Below are positions 40,853 to 51,217 of a stretch of DNA of 64,000 nt, piece by piece. This DNA is from an uncultured virus (IMG/VR IMGVR_UViG_3300025030_000069) (taxonomy: Duplodnaviria; Heunggongvirae; Uroviricota; Caudoviricetes; Crassvirales). Within the stretch, counting starts at the first letter, position 1; every line of letters begins with the position of its first letter. A program made the translations under genes and the position numbers. The notes under the pieces are model-generated. The model did not search any database. It was not told the DNA's origin and saw only the letters and a list, made by a program, of their open reading frames with translations. The stretch is taken from IMG/VR virus record IMGVR_UViG_3300025030_000069. One strand, 5' to 3'.

Positions 40853-43800
40853 TTAATAATTTAGAGTTAATTGTTCTTTTTGTTGTATAGCTGAAATCCA
40901 TTCTTTTGCTTTAATTTCATAGTAACTATAATTAATATCATAGTCTTTGAAATCTTTAGGATAAAATGCTTTATTAAAGTAATTTACTTTCCATTCTTTA
41001 AACATGTGTCCATTTTTTAATGGGGCTTCTACTTGAGATTTATCTCCATTTTCATACATTTTAATAAGATATTCTCCTTTATTAGAAATATAATACCTAA
41101 CTGTTTTAGATAATTTAGTTCTTTTAAGATTACTACCTTCTATAGAATGTAATTCAAACCATGATTTACCTTTCTTTTCAGCTTTTTTAGCTCTAACACC
41201 TGCACAAAAATCAAATATATTAGTATGATTTCTAATAGTTTTTTCTACTGGTATATTATTAACCCAATATTCATATACTGCTATTGGTATAATATTATGA
41301 GATTTGTTTTTATGTAAAGGAATATCTTTATATTCATATTTGCCTTTACATTTAGATTTGCCTTTAATATCAATGCTTATGTAATTATTGCTTTATTAAC
41401 TTGTATTTTCATACAAGATTAGACTATATCTTTAATTATTAATCTTTCTATTATATAAGATTTAAATTTTATTTTATTTAATTTTTTTCTAAAAAATTCT
41501 CCTTGAACATTTTGGATATTCAAATTTTTTAATTTATTAAAATAACATTGTTCAATAAAATTTTCATTTAAATCATAAAGTTTATAAATATATTTTGTTA
41601 AATTCTTAGTCATTATTTGAGATTGAATTTTATTTCTTTCAGGGGTTAATTTCCAATTATCAGATAATTTTTTACCATGATCTTTTCTAATTCCACTATC
41701 CCATTCTTTTTTAAGTCTTTTAGAAACTAATTCACGAGTTTCTTCATGTACAATCATTTTTGTAGATGAATCTAATCTTAAATTATAACCAAATTTTCTA
41801 TTATTTACATTATATTTTTCTTGCCAATATAATTCTCTTTGACTTAATAACTCTTCATTTAACATTAAATACTCTAATACAAAATAATCAAAATTATTTC
41901 TCCCATATTTATGCCACGAATTAATAAGATGTCTATTTTCATCACTACTTTTGTGATTTAATTGAGAAATATGTTGTTTTAGTCTTGAATGTATATCTAT
42001 AGCTTTACCAATATACATTTTGTTATTTACTTTATTTATTATACAATAAATACCTGATTTATTTTTATCATTAATATTTGCTTTCATATATGTAGATTTT
42101 TAATTTCTACAAATATAAATATAATTATTAACAAAAACAAATTTATTTTAATAATTATCTTGCTTTTCCCAGTTTTACCCAGTACTCCCCGAAGGGATAG
42201 TCGTTGAACCTTCATCCTATAAGGACGCTTGGCTGCTGATTGCCCAATCTTTATCTCTTTCACTATACTTATATCATTACTGTATAAGAGAGTGTATAAA
42301 GCTCTAAGGGTATTCCAGTCAATTAACAAGATTACGATGCCAATAATTAACATCGGTTATAATCATTTTTTGATAATCAACAAATTCTAATTCAAGTTTA
42401 GTTATCTCACACCATTTTTTACAAATAGAACAATATTGTTTTTCATATTGTCTTGGTATTTTAATTTCTGAACCATCTGTATTAGCCATTATTAATTGAC
42501 TATCTGGTATTTGTTCTAATATAGATTCAATTAATTGAGCTAATAACAACTGTCCATTAATACAAATAGATAGAGTTACTTTTCTATCTCTTAGAAAACT
42601 AAATTTATCATTTGAAAGTCCATAACTTGCGTTTAATAAAATTTTAAGAATATAATTTCTTGGATCTGATTTAGGAATAGATTTTCTTTCATTAAAAAAT
42701 CCTTCATATAAATCTAAGAATATCCATTTAGGTAAATGTTCAGCACAAATACCATTTTTAATAGCAAGATTTGGATAATATGATGCTACATCAAATGATT
42801 TAATAATATAATCATTATTACTTTCTGCAATAGTATTATTTGGAGCTGCATGTCATTTTGTTATCTTAGAAGTTTTTTATCTTCTAATTCTTATACTTAT
42901 GAAATCATATAAGTTCGGCATATATTTTCATCCCATAAGGATGTCGGGTACTCGTGGCAGAATTATATTTATTCATCTGCTATGCTCTACATTGTTAATT
43001 AGCCTTTCGTAATCTAATTAATTAACACGGTATTGTCAATATTAAATTTAGATTTTTTTCTTTGAAGATAATAATTAGAATTTTCATAAAACAATTTATA
43101 AATTTTTTCTTTAATACCATGTCCTGTATTAAAATATAAATTATAATAATCAACTGTTTTTCCTTTACATTTTCTCATTCTATATGTTATTTCAGGAATT
43201 TCTTCTAAAAAATAACTAAGAATTTGTTCTAAAAAATATTTAGAAGTTGAAATAAATTGCAATGTATATCTATTAAAAGAGCCATCACCATCAAAAAACC
43301 CTCTAATAAAATGTCTGATTAGATTTCTATTTAATTTATTAAAATTAAATTTAAAATTTATATCATACGTTTTATTTGGTAAAATATTATAACTAATTAA
43401 ATCATCAATTAATTTTGAAGAAGAAATTCTTAAACTTAATGAATTTTTTCTATTAATTGCACCTATAGAATTATGATATTCTTTTATTATAGATGTTGGA
43501 GAAATTTCTTTTTGTATTAAATTAATAATTTCTCTATCATCTATTGATACACAAAAAGATAATCTTTTTGAGTATGAATAAATTAATTCATTTCTTTTTT
43601 TAGGTTCAATAATTAATGATCCATCAGCTAAAGTATAGCCTAATATATAAGCTTTTATTTCAGAATCAACATTTTCAAAATAACTATGATCTTTAATTAT
43701 AGTTTGTCTTTTTGAATTTAATAGCAAATTTGATTTTTTAATAAGATATTGTAAACTTTTATAAGAAATTTCCATTATCTTAGCTATATCTTTAATATTT

Positions 43801-44875
43801 TTACCTTCTTTATCTAAACTTAATACTTTATTAATATCAAATTTTATTTTCCATTTTTTATTTTTATGTTTTTCCATATAGTTTATATTTTCTATAAATA
43901 TACAACTATATTCCACCAAAACCAAAAATATCATGTTAAATTTTTTTTTATTTTATATTAATAATTCTATAATTTTTACCGTTTTTGCCCAATTTATTAC
44001 TTTATAATTACTTATAAAGAGACCACATATTTTAGTCCTCCTAATCCAAAATGTATATCAATACCATAATGATTAATGGTATATTCTGCTTTTTCATTCT
44101 CTCTTAATTGTAATTTTTCAAAGGATTCTTTAACTAATTTAAATTTATCAGTACTAAATTGAATATAAGGAAATATAATATCTTTTATATTAACTATATC
44201 TCTATTAGTACTCATAGCTTTTAAATCATTTAAAGGTATATTCATTGCTTTAGAAAGATATTTACCAAATAATCTTTTAGCTAAATCAGGTTCAGTACAA
44301 TTAATTAAACTAATATCTTCTCTTTGAGTTAAAGTCTTTCTTAAATCAATTTCATAATGATATTTTTCATATAGTTTTTTAGTAGCTATAACATCATTAA
44401 GATTATATGAAAGTACTTGTTCTTCCCAATTATTACCATCACCTTGAGATGGCATATCTTCTATATTATCTAAATCAAGCATATATTCACACCATTTTAA
44501 TGATGTTCTTTTAGCAGATGAAGATAAACTTAAAGCTTTAAATAAATCTAAATGAGGTATTTTTAATTTCCACTCAGGAACATCAGGTCTTCTATTTTCT
44601 TGTTCAGATATAATAACATCTGAATATTGTCTTAAATCTAAACAAGTAGCTTGTGGATGTCTATAAAGATATTCTATGATTTGAGAATCATAGTTAAGAT
44701 TATTGAAACCCACAAGCCCTTGTACTTCAGTATTTAAGAAATTAAATAACTCTTGTCTTTCATCTTTAGTATTACTAATAATAAAAACTCTTTTCTCTTT
44801 ACTATCTTTGTCTAAAAATGTTCCACAAAATATTTGAGGAAACACCTCTAAATCAAAAATCCAAATTCTTTTCAT
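40853..44875 (-). CDS. polB: Family B DNA polymerase, three exons (44034-44875, 42350-42853, 40853-41390; 627 aa spliced)
   Basis: Exonuclease motifs FDLE, FNNLNYD and YNLND. Polymerase motifs DVASYYP, KILLNASYG and ANTDG. Splicing restores GGLHAAP and TDVNNY in frame. Confidence 0.92.
41391..42349 (-). ncRNA. Group I intron 2 of polB (959 nt)
   Basis: P1 gatgU/Gcatc; aatcagcagccaag...ggttcaacgacta; P7 gatatagtct; terminal G before c aat aat tac. Confidence 0.92.
41419..42087 (-). CDS. Intron-encoded GIY-YIG homing endonuclease
   Basis: SGIYCIINKVNNKMYIG...RL..H...YNL. Its stop overlaps P7. It has its own promoter at 42110-42141 (TTTG-N20-TATATTTG). Confidence 0.92.
   Translation of the reverse strand: MKANINDKNKSGIYCIINKVNNKMYIGKAIDIHSRLKQHISQLNHKSSDENRHLINSWHKYGRNNFDYFVLEYLMLNEELLSQRELYWQEKYNVNNRKFGYNLRLDSSTKMIVHEETRELVSKRLKKEWDSGIRKDHGKKLSDNWKLTPERNKIQSQIMTKNLTKYIYKLYDLNENFIEQCYFNKLKNLNIQNVQGEFFRKKLNKIKFKSYIIERLIIKDIV
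42854..44033 (-). ncRNA. Group I intron 1 of polB (1,180 nt)
   Basis: P1 ggacU/Ggtct; P4 acggt/accgt; P7 variant gcata/tatgc; terminal G before a cat gca. Confidence 0.88.
43014..43934 (-). CDS. Intron-encoded LAGLIDADG homing endonuclease (true start probably MEKHK, about 43877)
   Basis: Two motifs, AYILGYTLADGS and HFIRGFFDGDGS. Confidence 0.92.
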   Translation of the reverse strand: MIFLVLVEYSCIFIENINYMEKHKNKKWKIKFDINKVLSLDKEGKNIKDIAKIMEISYKSLQYLIKKSNLLLNSKRQTIIKDHSYFENVDSEIKAYILGYTLADGSLIIEPKKRNELIYSYSKRLSFCVSIDDREIINLIQKEISPTSIIKEYHNSIGAINRKNSLSLRISSSKLIDDLISYNILPNKTYDINFKFNFNKLNRNLIRHFIRGFFDGDGSFNRYTLQFISTSKYFLEQILSYFLEEIPEITYRMRKCKGKTVDYYNLYFNTGHGIKEKIYKLFYENSNYYLQRKKSKFNIDNTVLIN

Positions 44876-45129
44876 TTTTTATTTAATTTATATTCTTGTA
44901 ATTCTTTATCATGTTCTTCTTTATAAGTATCATCTAATTGCATTTTAAAATAATTTTTAACTATATGATTGCTTAAAAAATAAGTTAAATAGAATAAAGA
45001 AGGTATAACTATAATAAATTTAAAATAATTATTCCATTCACTACTTATTTGTAATCCTCCACCTATTGTAAATACAGCTATTCCCACATTAAATAAATAT
45101 TGTTCTAAATATATTTTTAATATTTTCAT
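44872..45129 (-). CDS. Small membrane protein
   Basis: Two hydrophobic segments. Confidence 0.55.
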   Translation of the reverse strand: MKILKIYLEQYLFNVGIAVFTIGGGLQISSEWNNYFKFIIVIPSLFYLTYFLSNHIVKNYFKMQLDDTYKEEHDKELQEYKLNKK

Positions 45130-45222
45130 AATTTATCCTTTAATTACAGCTATTGGTTTAAGTTCAACTAATATTTTAACTAAATCCTTTTGATTATTTA
45201 TTACTTCATCAATATTTTTAAT

Positions 45223-45480
45223 TTAAAATATAGGAATAAGATATTCTTTTTTTAGTTCTTGTTTATTTTGTATATAGTCTTTATCATAATCTACATTATT
45301 AAGTAAATATTCTTCTTTAGTTGTAGGGCTTATATCTGCTTCCCAAATAAAATCTTGATGTGGAACTATACAAGCTAACAACCTATTTCTTGCACCTTCT
45401 TCTGATTTACAAATTGCAACACAATTCCAATCTTTATCTTGTGTGTGTATTTTAAAATAGTATTCTTTATTCATATACAT
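45223..45480 (-). CDS. Hypothetical protein
   Basis: ORF. Confidence 0.55.
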   Translation of the reverse strand: MYMNKEYYFKIHTQDKDWNCVAICKSEEGARNRLLACIVPHQDFIWEADISPTTKEEYLLNNVDYDKDYIQNKQELKKEYLIPIF

Positions 45481-45487
45481 TAACTAT

Positions 45488-45673
45488 TTAAGTTTTAGGT
45501 TTAATAAAAAATATACTAAATGGAACTCCAATTAGTAACCATATTTGTTTGTTTGTTAGTTGATTATTTGTCATAAATAAATGTCCATTTATATTAATAC
45601 CGTATTCTAACCAAAATATTAATAATAAAAATATCCATTGTATTATTAAACTTAAAAGTATGAATTCTAACAT
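45488..45673 (-). CDS. Small membrane protein
   Basis: Two hydrophobic segments. Confidence 0.5.
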   Translation of the reverse strand: MLEFILLSLIIQWIFLLLIFWLEYGININGHLFMTNNQLTNKQIWLLIGVPFSIFFIKPKT

Positions 45674-45679
45674 AGTTAT

Positions 45680-45946
45680 TTAAATTTTGAGTTTATCAAA
45701 TCCGAATAAATGAGTTATTTTACAACAAGGAGATACTAAATAATATATTTTATTTTTAATTCTAAGTGATTTAACCATATTAATACCCCCAAAAGATATA
45801 TTGTTATTTTCTTCCATTAAAGCTTTAATTTCTTTAAATGATTTTTTACAGTTATCACAAATAAATTTATTTTTCATATCTTCTAACATACTTGTTGCTG
45901 TAATTAAATCAATAACTTTATGATATTTTTTTATTTTAGTTTTCAT
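45680..45946 (-). CDS. Small Cys-containing protein
   Basis: CDNC...PCC. Confidence 0.5.
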   Translation of the reverse strand: MKTKIKKYHKVIDLITATSMLEDMKNKFICDNCKKSFKEIKALMEENNNISFGGINMVKSLRIKNKIYYLVSPCCKITHLFGFDKLKI

Positions 45947-46079
45947 AGTTATTTAAGTTTTAAAAGAAAGAAAAGAGAGTTAATAAATGTTATAGTCCAT
46001 GTCTCCTATTTAATATAATTGTTTACTTGTGTCCAAAAATATTATTATTTATTAACTCTCTAATCTTTTTATTATAAAA

Positions 46080-46502
46080 TTATACTACTAATTGAAGTTT
46101 TTCAATTGTAGAGCTTGTTTTTACACCTGAAATTAATATATCTTGTGCATTTGGATTTTCAGTGTAATAATCTTTAAAGTAAATAGGAGCACCATCTACC
46201 AAATGAACTTCTTTAGTAGTTGGATTGATTTTAGGATTTTGTCCTTCAAATAATGGTGTTCTACTTTCAGTACGATAAATAGTACCTGTTAGAATCTGAC
46301 CCGCTTTATAATTTTCAGATTTTAAATCTTCAAGTTTACCTGTAATGAAAGCTGACCTTTTAGTTTTATTTAAAAAACCATTTTCTTTTGACACTCTTAT
46401 CTGATCTACTCTAATAGTACCAAATTCAAGATTATTTTTATTAATTGTAATTACTTCCTTTGTTTCAGGATGTACTGCTACTATAACTGCTGATTTTGAC
46501 AT
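46080..46502 (-). CDS. Beta-rich hypothetical protein (possibly nucleic-acid binding)
   Basis: 140-aa ORF with an AT-rich leader and a downstream inverted repeat (45975-46060). Confidence 0.65.
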   Translation of the reverse strand: MSKSAVIVAVHPETKEVITINKNNLEFGTIRVDQIRVSKENGFLNKTKRSAFITGKLEDLKSENYKAGQILTGTIYRTESRTPLFEGQNPKINPTTKEVHLVDGAPIYFKDYYTENPNAQDILISGVKTSSTIEKLQLVV

Positions 46503-46613
46503 AAAATTTAATTTAAATTAGTTTAATTGGTTAATAATTAATTGGTTTGTTCCATCTGTATTTATAGAGACTTTGGACTCTTATTGGGTGCACTCCAATA
46601 GTTACATTAAAAC

Positions 46614-46641
46614 AAATAGCAGGAATTTCACCTGTTATTTG
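46614..46641 (-). terminator. Intrinsic terminator
   Basis: caaataacagg-tgaaatt-cctgctatttg followed by tttt on the minus strand. Confidence 0.6.
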
Positions 46642-46698
46642 AAACCTAAAACTAAGAGAGCTATGAATCTCTCTAACTATGAAAACAAGCATAGTATT

Positions 46699-46896
46699 TT
46701 AAAAATGATTATCAAGCCATTCAAATAATAATATCATTGGGCCTAAAAACATAAAAATAAAAAATGTTAATAATACTTCAAGTTTATTTTCATATAAATT
46801 TTTTATTCTTTTAAGTTTTGGTTCTTTAAACCATGTATAAAAGAAAACAGTTAGTCCAAATAATAACCACGATATAACAAAAATATAAATTAACAT
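46699..46896 (-). CDS. Small membrane protein
   Basis: Two hydrophobic segments. Confidence 0.55.
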   Translation of the reverse strand: MLIYIFVISWLLFGLTVFFYTWFKEPKLKRIKNLYENKLEVLLTFFIFMFLGPMILLFEWLDNHF

Positions 46897-47013
46897 AGTG
46901 TTGCAAGTATTAAATAGATTAATATTACAATAATTCCAAGAAAACTTACAAATGTCATTTTAGTTGCAAATGATTCTTTAGAATTACCTTGAATTTTTAT
47001 TTGGTGATATTTT

Positions 47014-47226
47014 TTATGCATATTTTTGAGAATTTAAAACAGCTTCATCATTTGTATTAAGAAGAATTGGATTATGAGCAAATGGAAAACTTTGTTTTAA
47101 TACTTTTTTACTATGAGAATAATCATTAGCAAATATTCGACAATCTCTTAAATATTTGTTATTATTATCATGTAATTTATATATGTAAAATAAAGTCGAT
47201 GTTTTTTTGGTATATGTTTTTTTCAT
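47014..47226 (-). CDS. Hypothetical protein
   Basis: ORF. Confidence 0.45.
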   Translation of the reverse strand: MKKTYTKKTSTLFYIYKLHDNNNKYLRDCRIFANDYSHSKKVLKQSFPFAHNPILLNTNDEAVLNSQKYA

Positions 47227-47388
47227 ATTATTTAATTTTTATAATCATCTCTACTACCATAAGTTTAACCTTATGCAAAATTAATGATAATAGTAAGCTC
47301 TACTAAATAGTAAAGATGATTAAAGGTTTATTTAATAATGATTTTACAATTAAAGTTATTAAGTTTTAGTATTATATTAATATTAGGT

Positions 47389-47601
47389 TTAATTGTTTTT
47401 AATTTGTTGTTGTTCTTCTTTATCTTTTATATATGCTAAAATAACACTAGTAATTTTTGCTATTTGCATTATTTCAATTATATTAGTAGTTGTTTTAGTA
47501 TCTATTGTATTAATTGTAATAGATTTTGTTAACGGAAGCATTTGTATTATTTCTTGTTCCATTGTATCATCTACATTTAATGTAATTATGTATGTTTTCA
47601 T
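47389..47601 (-). CDS. Hypothetical protein
   Basis: ORF coupled to the upstream gene. Confidence 0.5.
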   Translation of the reverse strand: MKTYIITLNVDDTMEQEIIQMLPLTKSITINTIDTKTTTNIIEIMQIAKITSVILAYIKDKEEQQQIKNN

Positions 47602-47810
47602 ACTTTAGTTTTAATAATAGATTTATAATTAGAATTATTAAATTTAATTTTAAAAAATGAGTAATAGTTTTTATATCCTTTAGTTTTACAATCGGGATAA
47701 TTTTTAGCTATTATTGTGTTTCTTATTCCACAAATTAAAGGCATTTGTTGATTTTGTACTATAATGGTATTATGAAAATATAAATCAAATAATACTGTCG
47801 AAGTCTTCAT
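47598..47810 (-). CDS. Hypothetical protein
   Basis: ORF. Confidence 0.5.
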   Translation of the reverse strand: MKTSTVLFDLYFHNTIIVQNQQMPLICGIRNTIIAKNYPDCKTKGYKNYYSFFKIKFNNSNYKSIIKTKV

Positions 47811-47834
47811 AATTAATAAAAAATTTGTGTAAAA

Positions 47835-48053
47835 TTATTTAATATTTTCTTTCAATTGTGAACGCAATTGTGAATACAATTGTGAATCCAATTGTGAATA
47901 CAATTGTGAATCCAATTGTGAATACAATTGTGAATCCAATTGTGAATACAATTGTGAATCCAATTGTGAATACAATTGTGAATGCAATTGTGAATCCAAT
48001 TGTGAACGCAATTGTGAATTTAGTTTATCTTTTATATTTTTCATAGTTGTCAT
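47835..48053 (-). CDS. xSQL tetrapeptide-repeat protein 1 (14 units)
   Basis: MKNIKDKL followed by 12-bp tandem repeats. Confidence 0.65.
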   Translation of the reverse strand: MTTMKNIKDKLNSQLRSQLDSQLHSQLYSQLDSQLYSQLDSQLYSQLDSQLYSQLDSQLYSQLRSQLKENIK

Positions 48054-48116
48054 AGTTTTAAATTAGTTCCTATTTGTAATTAAATACCACAGTTATACTG
48101 AATAGGAATTTATTAA

Positions 48117-48488
48117 TTAATCAATAACTTTATTTTTAATATCTAAATAAGGATCATAAACCTGATGAATACCTATTTTATAAACTTTATTTGGTAATAA
48201 TTTTGCAGGTTTATGATCAGCTTGTTGAAGTAATTCTTGTGTATCATATCCAGCGATATTTTTATCCCAAATTGTCTGATGTACATGTTGAGAAAATGCT
48301 CCTTTTGGCCCTACTTTAACATATTTAAAAGAGCCATCTTCTAACATTTCATAATCACCTGTAATTACATGAATATGTCCTGATTTTTCTCCATAAGCAA
48401 TAGGTTGTTTATTAATTATTTTAGCTGTTTCAGGAAGAATTGTTTCAATAACTTGAACATCCCCTGTCATAATAAATTGTTTTTTCAT
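48117..48488 (-). CDS. His-rich small protein of the type found beside DUF6745 genes
   Basis: TGDV...IAYGEKSGHIH...QHVH...DH...GIHQVYDP. Confidence 0.7.
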   Translation of the reverse strand: MKKQFIMTGDVQVIETILPETAKIINKQPIAYGEKSGHIHVITGDYEMLEDGSFKYVKVGPKGAFSQHVHQTIWDKNIAGYDTQELLQQADHKPAKLLPNKVYKIGIHQVYDPYLDIKNKVID

Positions 48489-48499
48489 TTTTTTTATTT

Positions 48500-48967
48500 T
48501 TAAATTGTTTTTATTAATAATTTTAATTGTGAATCCAATTGTGAATCCAATTGTGAATCCAATTGTGAATACAATTGTGAATACAATTGTGAATGCAATT
48601 GTGAATACAATTGTAAATCCAATTGTGAACGCAATTGTGAATCCAATTGTGAATACAATTGTGAATACAATTGTGAATCCAATTGTGAATGCAATTGTGA
48701 ATACAATTGTGAATACAATTGTGAACCCAATTGTGAATACAATTGTGAATTCAATTGTGAACGCAATTGTGAATCCAATTGTGAATACAATTGTGAATAC
48801 AATTGTAAATCCAATTGTGAACGCAATTGTGAATCCAATTGTGAATACAATTGTGAATACAATTGTAAATCCAATTGTGAACGCAATTGTGAATCCAATT
48901 GTGAATTCAATTGTGAATCCAATTGTGAATTCAATTGTGAATTTAATTTATTTTTTATATTTTTCAT
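48500..48967 (-). CDS. xSQL tetrapeptide-repeat protein 2 (35 units, 155 aa)
   Basis: ATG at 48967, 1 nt after the upstream stop. MKNIKNKL start shared with the paralogs. Confidence 0.7.
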   Translation of the reverse strand: MKNIKNKLNSQLNSQLDSQLNSQLDSQLRSQLDLQLYSQLYSQLDSQLRSQLDLQLYSQLYSQLDSQLRSQLNSQLYSQLGSQLYSQLYSQLHSQLDSQLYSQLYSQLDSQLRSQLDLQLYSQLHSQLYSQLYSQLDSQLDSQLDSQLKLLIKTI

Positions 48968-48968
48968 A

Positions 48969-49952
48969 TTATCCTCTTTCGTCAAAATAATAATCTTTTT
49001 CTGATTTAATTTCTTGACCGTAAAAAGGACAGGTATCAAGAACGGCATCCATAACTTTATTGTGTTTAGGATTGACAGATATAAGATAGTTACTTCCTGT
49101 TGAAGGGCATATAAATTTAACCCAAGCTAAAGGATTATTTAATTCTGGAACATTAAATGGCGTTTTATAAAGTCTTAAATCATCTAAAGATCCATCAGAA
49201 TGAATTCTCATTTCAGAATCAATTTCTACAGCTTCAAGAATATTCATTACTTTTTCGGAACCAAGAATTTCAAACCATCCGGCTTTAATATCTTCGTTCT
49301 TTTCTTTTAACCAATCTTTCTTTGTAATTTGGTTATTTAAAGCTTTTTCATAATCGGCTTTAGATAAATTTCTTCCATTAATATAATAACATTCAAATTT
49401 AGATTTTTCAGATGAATATCCCCATTCTATCGCATAACCATTAATATTATGAAGATTGTTTTGAGCATTTCTATATATTTTTTTAGGATATTTTGAAACA
49501 ATGCAAATTTTGTCTAAAAATAAAGCACAATAAATTCCAGATTCTCGTTGTAATTTAAAACATTCTTCAAAATCTTTTTCAATAGTTAATGGTAATTTAA
49601 ATTCTTCTTTTAGAAATTTATACCATTGATAATAAGCATTACTATAAATGTTCATTGTAAATAAATACATATTATAATAATTTATTTTTTTGAGAATTTC
49701 TTTTATATTTTCTGTTTTATTTAAATTAAGAAGTTCTTTGTACATTAATAATGTTTCATATGGATTTTCTGCCACTAAAACTAGTGGCTCTTTAAAACCT
49801 GCTTTTTCATAATTCCATTTGACACATGCTTTTGCTTTATTGAAATCAAAAGAATTATATTTTTTGCCATCAAATATTCCTTCTAACCCATTTTCAATAT
49901 ATTTAGGAATTTTTGCTTGAATTTCTGGAGTAAAATCTTTTAAAGTTTTCAT
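48969..49952 (-). CDS. DUF6745-like domain protein
   Basis: CIVSKYPKKI...LHNINGYAIEW...YYINGR...KFICPSTGSNYLISV. Confidence 0.65.
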   Translation of the reverse strand: MKTLKDFTPEIQAKIPKYIENGLEGIFDGKKYNSFDFNKAKACVKWNYEKAGFKEPLVLVAENPYETLLMYKELLNLNKTENIKEILKKINYYNMYLFTMNIYSNAYYQWYKFLKEEFKLPLTIEKDFEECFKLQRESGIYCALFLDKICIVSKYPKKIYRNAQNNLHNINGYAIEWGYSSEKSKFECYYINGRNLSKADYEKALNNQITKKDWLKEKNEDIKAGWFEILGSEKVMNILEAVEIDSEMRIHSDGSLDDLRLYKTPFNVPELNNPLAWVKFICPSTGSNYLISVNPKHNKVMDAVLDTCPFYGQEIKSEKDYYFDERG

Positions 49953-49990
49953 AATTTATTGTTTTAAGTTTTATTAATTAATAATTTTAA

Positions 49991-50635
49991 TTATGAATCG
50001 AATTGTGAATACAATTGTGAATACAATTGTGAATTCAATTGTGAATTCAATTGTGAATTCAATTGTGAACCCAATTGTGAATACAATTGTGAACCCAATT
50101 GTGAATACAATTGTGAACCCAATGGTGAATTCAATTGTGAACCCAATTGTGAATTCAATTGTGAATGCAATTGTGAATTCAATTGTGAATGCAATTGTGA
50201 ATCCAATTGTGAACGTAATTCTAAATCCAATTCTGAATCCAATTGTGAATACAATTTTAAATTCAATTGTGAATACAATTCTAAATCCAATTGTGAATAC
50301 AATTGTGAATCCAATTCTAAATCCAATTGTGAATCCAATTGTGAATACAATTTTAAATTCAATTGTGAATACAATTCTAAATCCAATTGTGAATCCAATT
50401 GTGAATCCAATTGTGAACGCAATTGTGAATCCAATTGTGAACGCAATTGTGAATCCAATTGTGAATGCAATTGTGAATCCAATTGTGAATGCAATTGTGA
50501 ATACAATTGTGAATACAATTGTGAATGCAATTGTGAATACAATTGTAAATCCAATTGTGAACGCAATTGTGAATGCAATTGTGAATACAATTGTAAATCC
50601 AATTGTGAATACAATTTATTTTTTATATTTTTCAT
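49991..50635 (-). CDS. xSQL tetrapeptide-repeat protein 3 (about 51 units)
   Basis: MKNIKNKL followed by repeats, with an internal DLEL/NLKL variant block. Confidence 0.7.
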   Translation of the reverse strand: MKNIKNKLYSQLDLQLYSQLHSQLRSQLDLQLYSQLHSQLYSQLYSQLHSQLDSQLHSQLDSQLRSQLDSQLRSQLDSQLDSQLDLELYSQLNLKLYSQLDSQLDLELDSQLYSQLDLELYSQLNLKLYSQLDSELDLELRSQLDSQLHSQLNSQLHSQLNSQLGSQLNSPLGSQLYSQLGSQLYSQLGSQLNSQLNSQLNSQLYSQLYSQFDS

Positions 50636-50690
50636 ATTAGTATTTAAAAAGAAAAATTTAATTTTTTGAACTATACTTTAAATATATAGT

Positions 50691-50957
50691 TATTTAGTAA
50701 CAGAGTATATAGACAAATACAAAATCAAAGATAAAAACAAAGACCTGTTTCTACAGCAATGACAAAGACAAGAACTAAGATCTGGTCTAATATACTAATA
50801 GCTAACTGATAGTATATTTAAAAGATATATAGTTTGTAGAAACAGCGGTGTATTAATTATTATCGTCATTATTGATAATGAGGACGAATCCTCATTGATA
50901 ATGAGGACGAATCCTCTGATTTTTATAATATTTGAATATGAACTCTGTTACTAAATA
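50691..50957 (-). ncRNA. Candidate structured ncRNA downstream of the 300-aa gene
   Basis: 16-bp closing helix tatttagtaacagagt / actctgttactaaata. Internal helix ctgtttctaca / tgtagaaacag. U-rich hexamer runs. Confidence 0.5.
50871..50916. repeat. Perfect 23-bp tandem duplication
   Basis: attgataatgaggacgaatcctc occurs twice. Confidence 0.95.
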
Positions 50958-51217
50958 TAAATAATGTAAGTATATCTCTCATGAGAATACTCACACCAAC
51001 CTATATATATATAAAGTATAAACTGTAATAATAGAAGATTGTTTTCTCAGGACAACCGTTCTATTTCTTTTTGTAATAAGGTTATATACTAAAGTTTCCT
51101 TATATATTTGAGAATATATATTTGTGTGTCTTTATATCATTAAAGAAAGTATATACACGCAACAACCCTTATTCTGACCCTTGTCCTACTTTTCGATAGT
51201 AACTTACATATTACAGT

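Larger units (their letters stand above)
47853..50614. repeat. Three 12-bp tandem arrays (unit about caattgtgaatc) at about 47853-48020, 48521-48943 and 50000-50614
   Basis: Directly visible. About 14, 35 and 51 units, each containing the palindrome CAATTG. Confidence 0.97.

Noticed and set aside
42319..42549. Separate small genes at 42319..42549 and 40853..41059
   Set aside because: They are internal parts of polB exons 2 and 3.
47853..50614. CRISPR array or diversity-generating retroelement
   Set aside because: Units are contiguous 12-mers with no unique spacers. Variation at the first two bases of one codon superficially resembles adenine mutagenesis, but the other adenines are mostly fixed and there is no reverse transcriptase or TR/VR pair in the window.
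47858..50640. Plus-strand IVNP/IVNT repeat ORFs
   Set aside because: Antisense shadows of the stop-free 12-bp repeats. The minus-strand ORFs share a conserved ATG start and match the operon direction.
50864..50920. Hammerhead ribozyme
   Set aside because: tgataatgaggacgaat resembles, but does not match, the CUGAnGA...GAAA core with the required stems.
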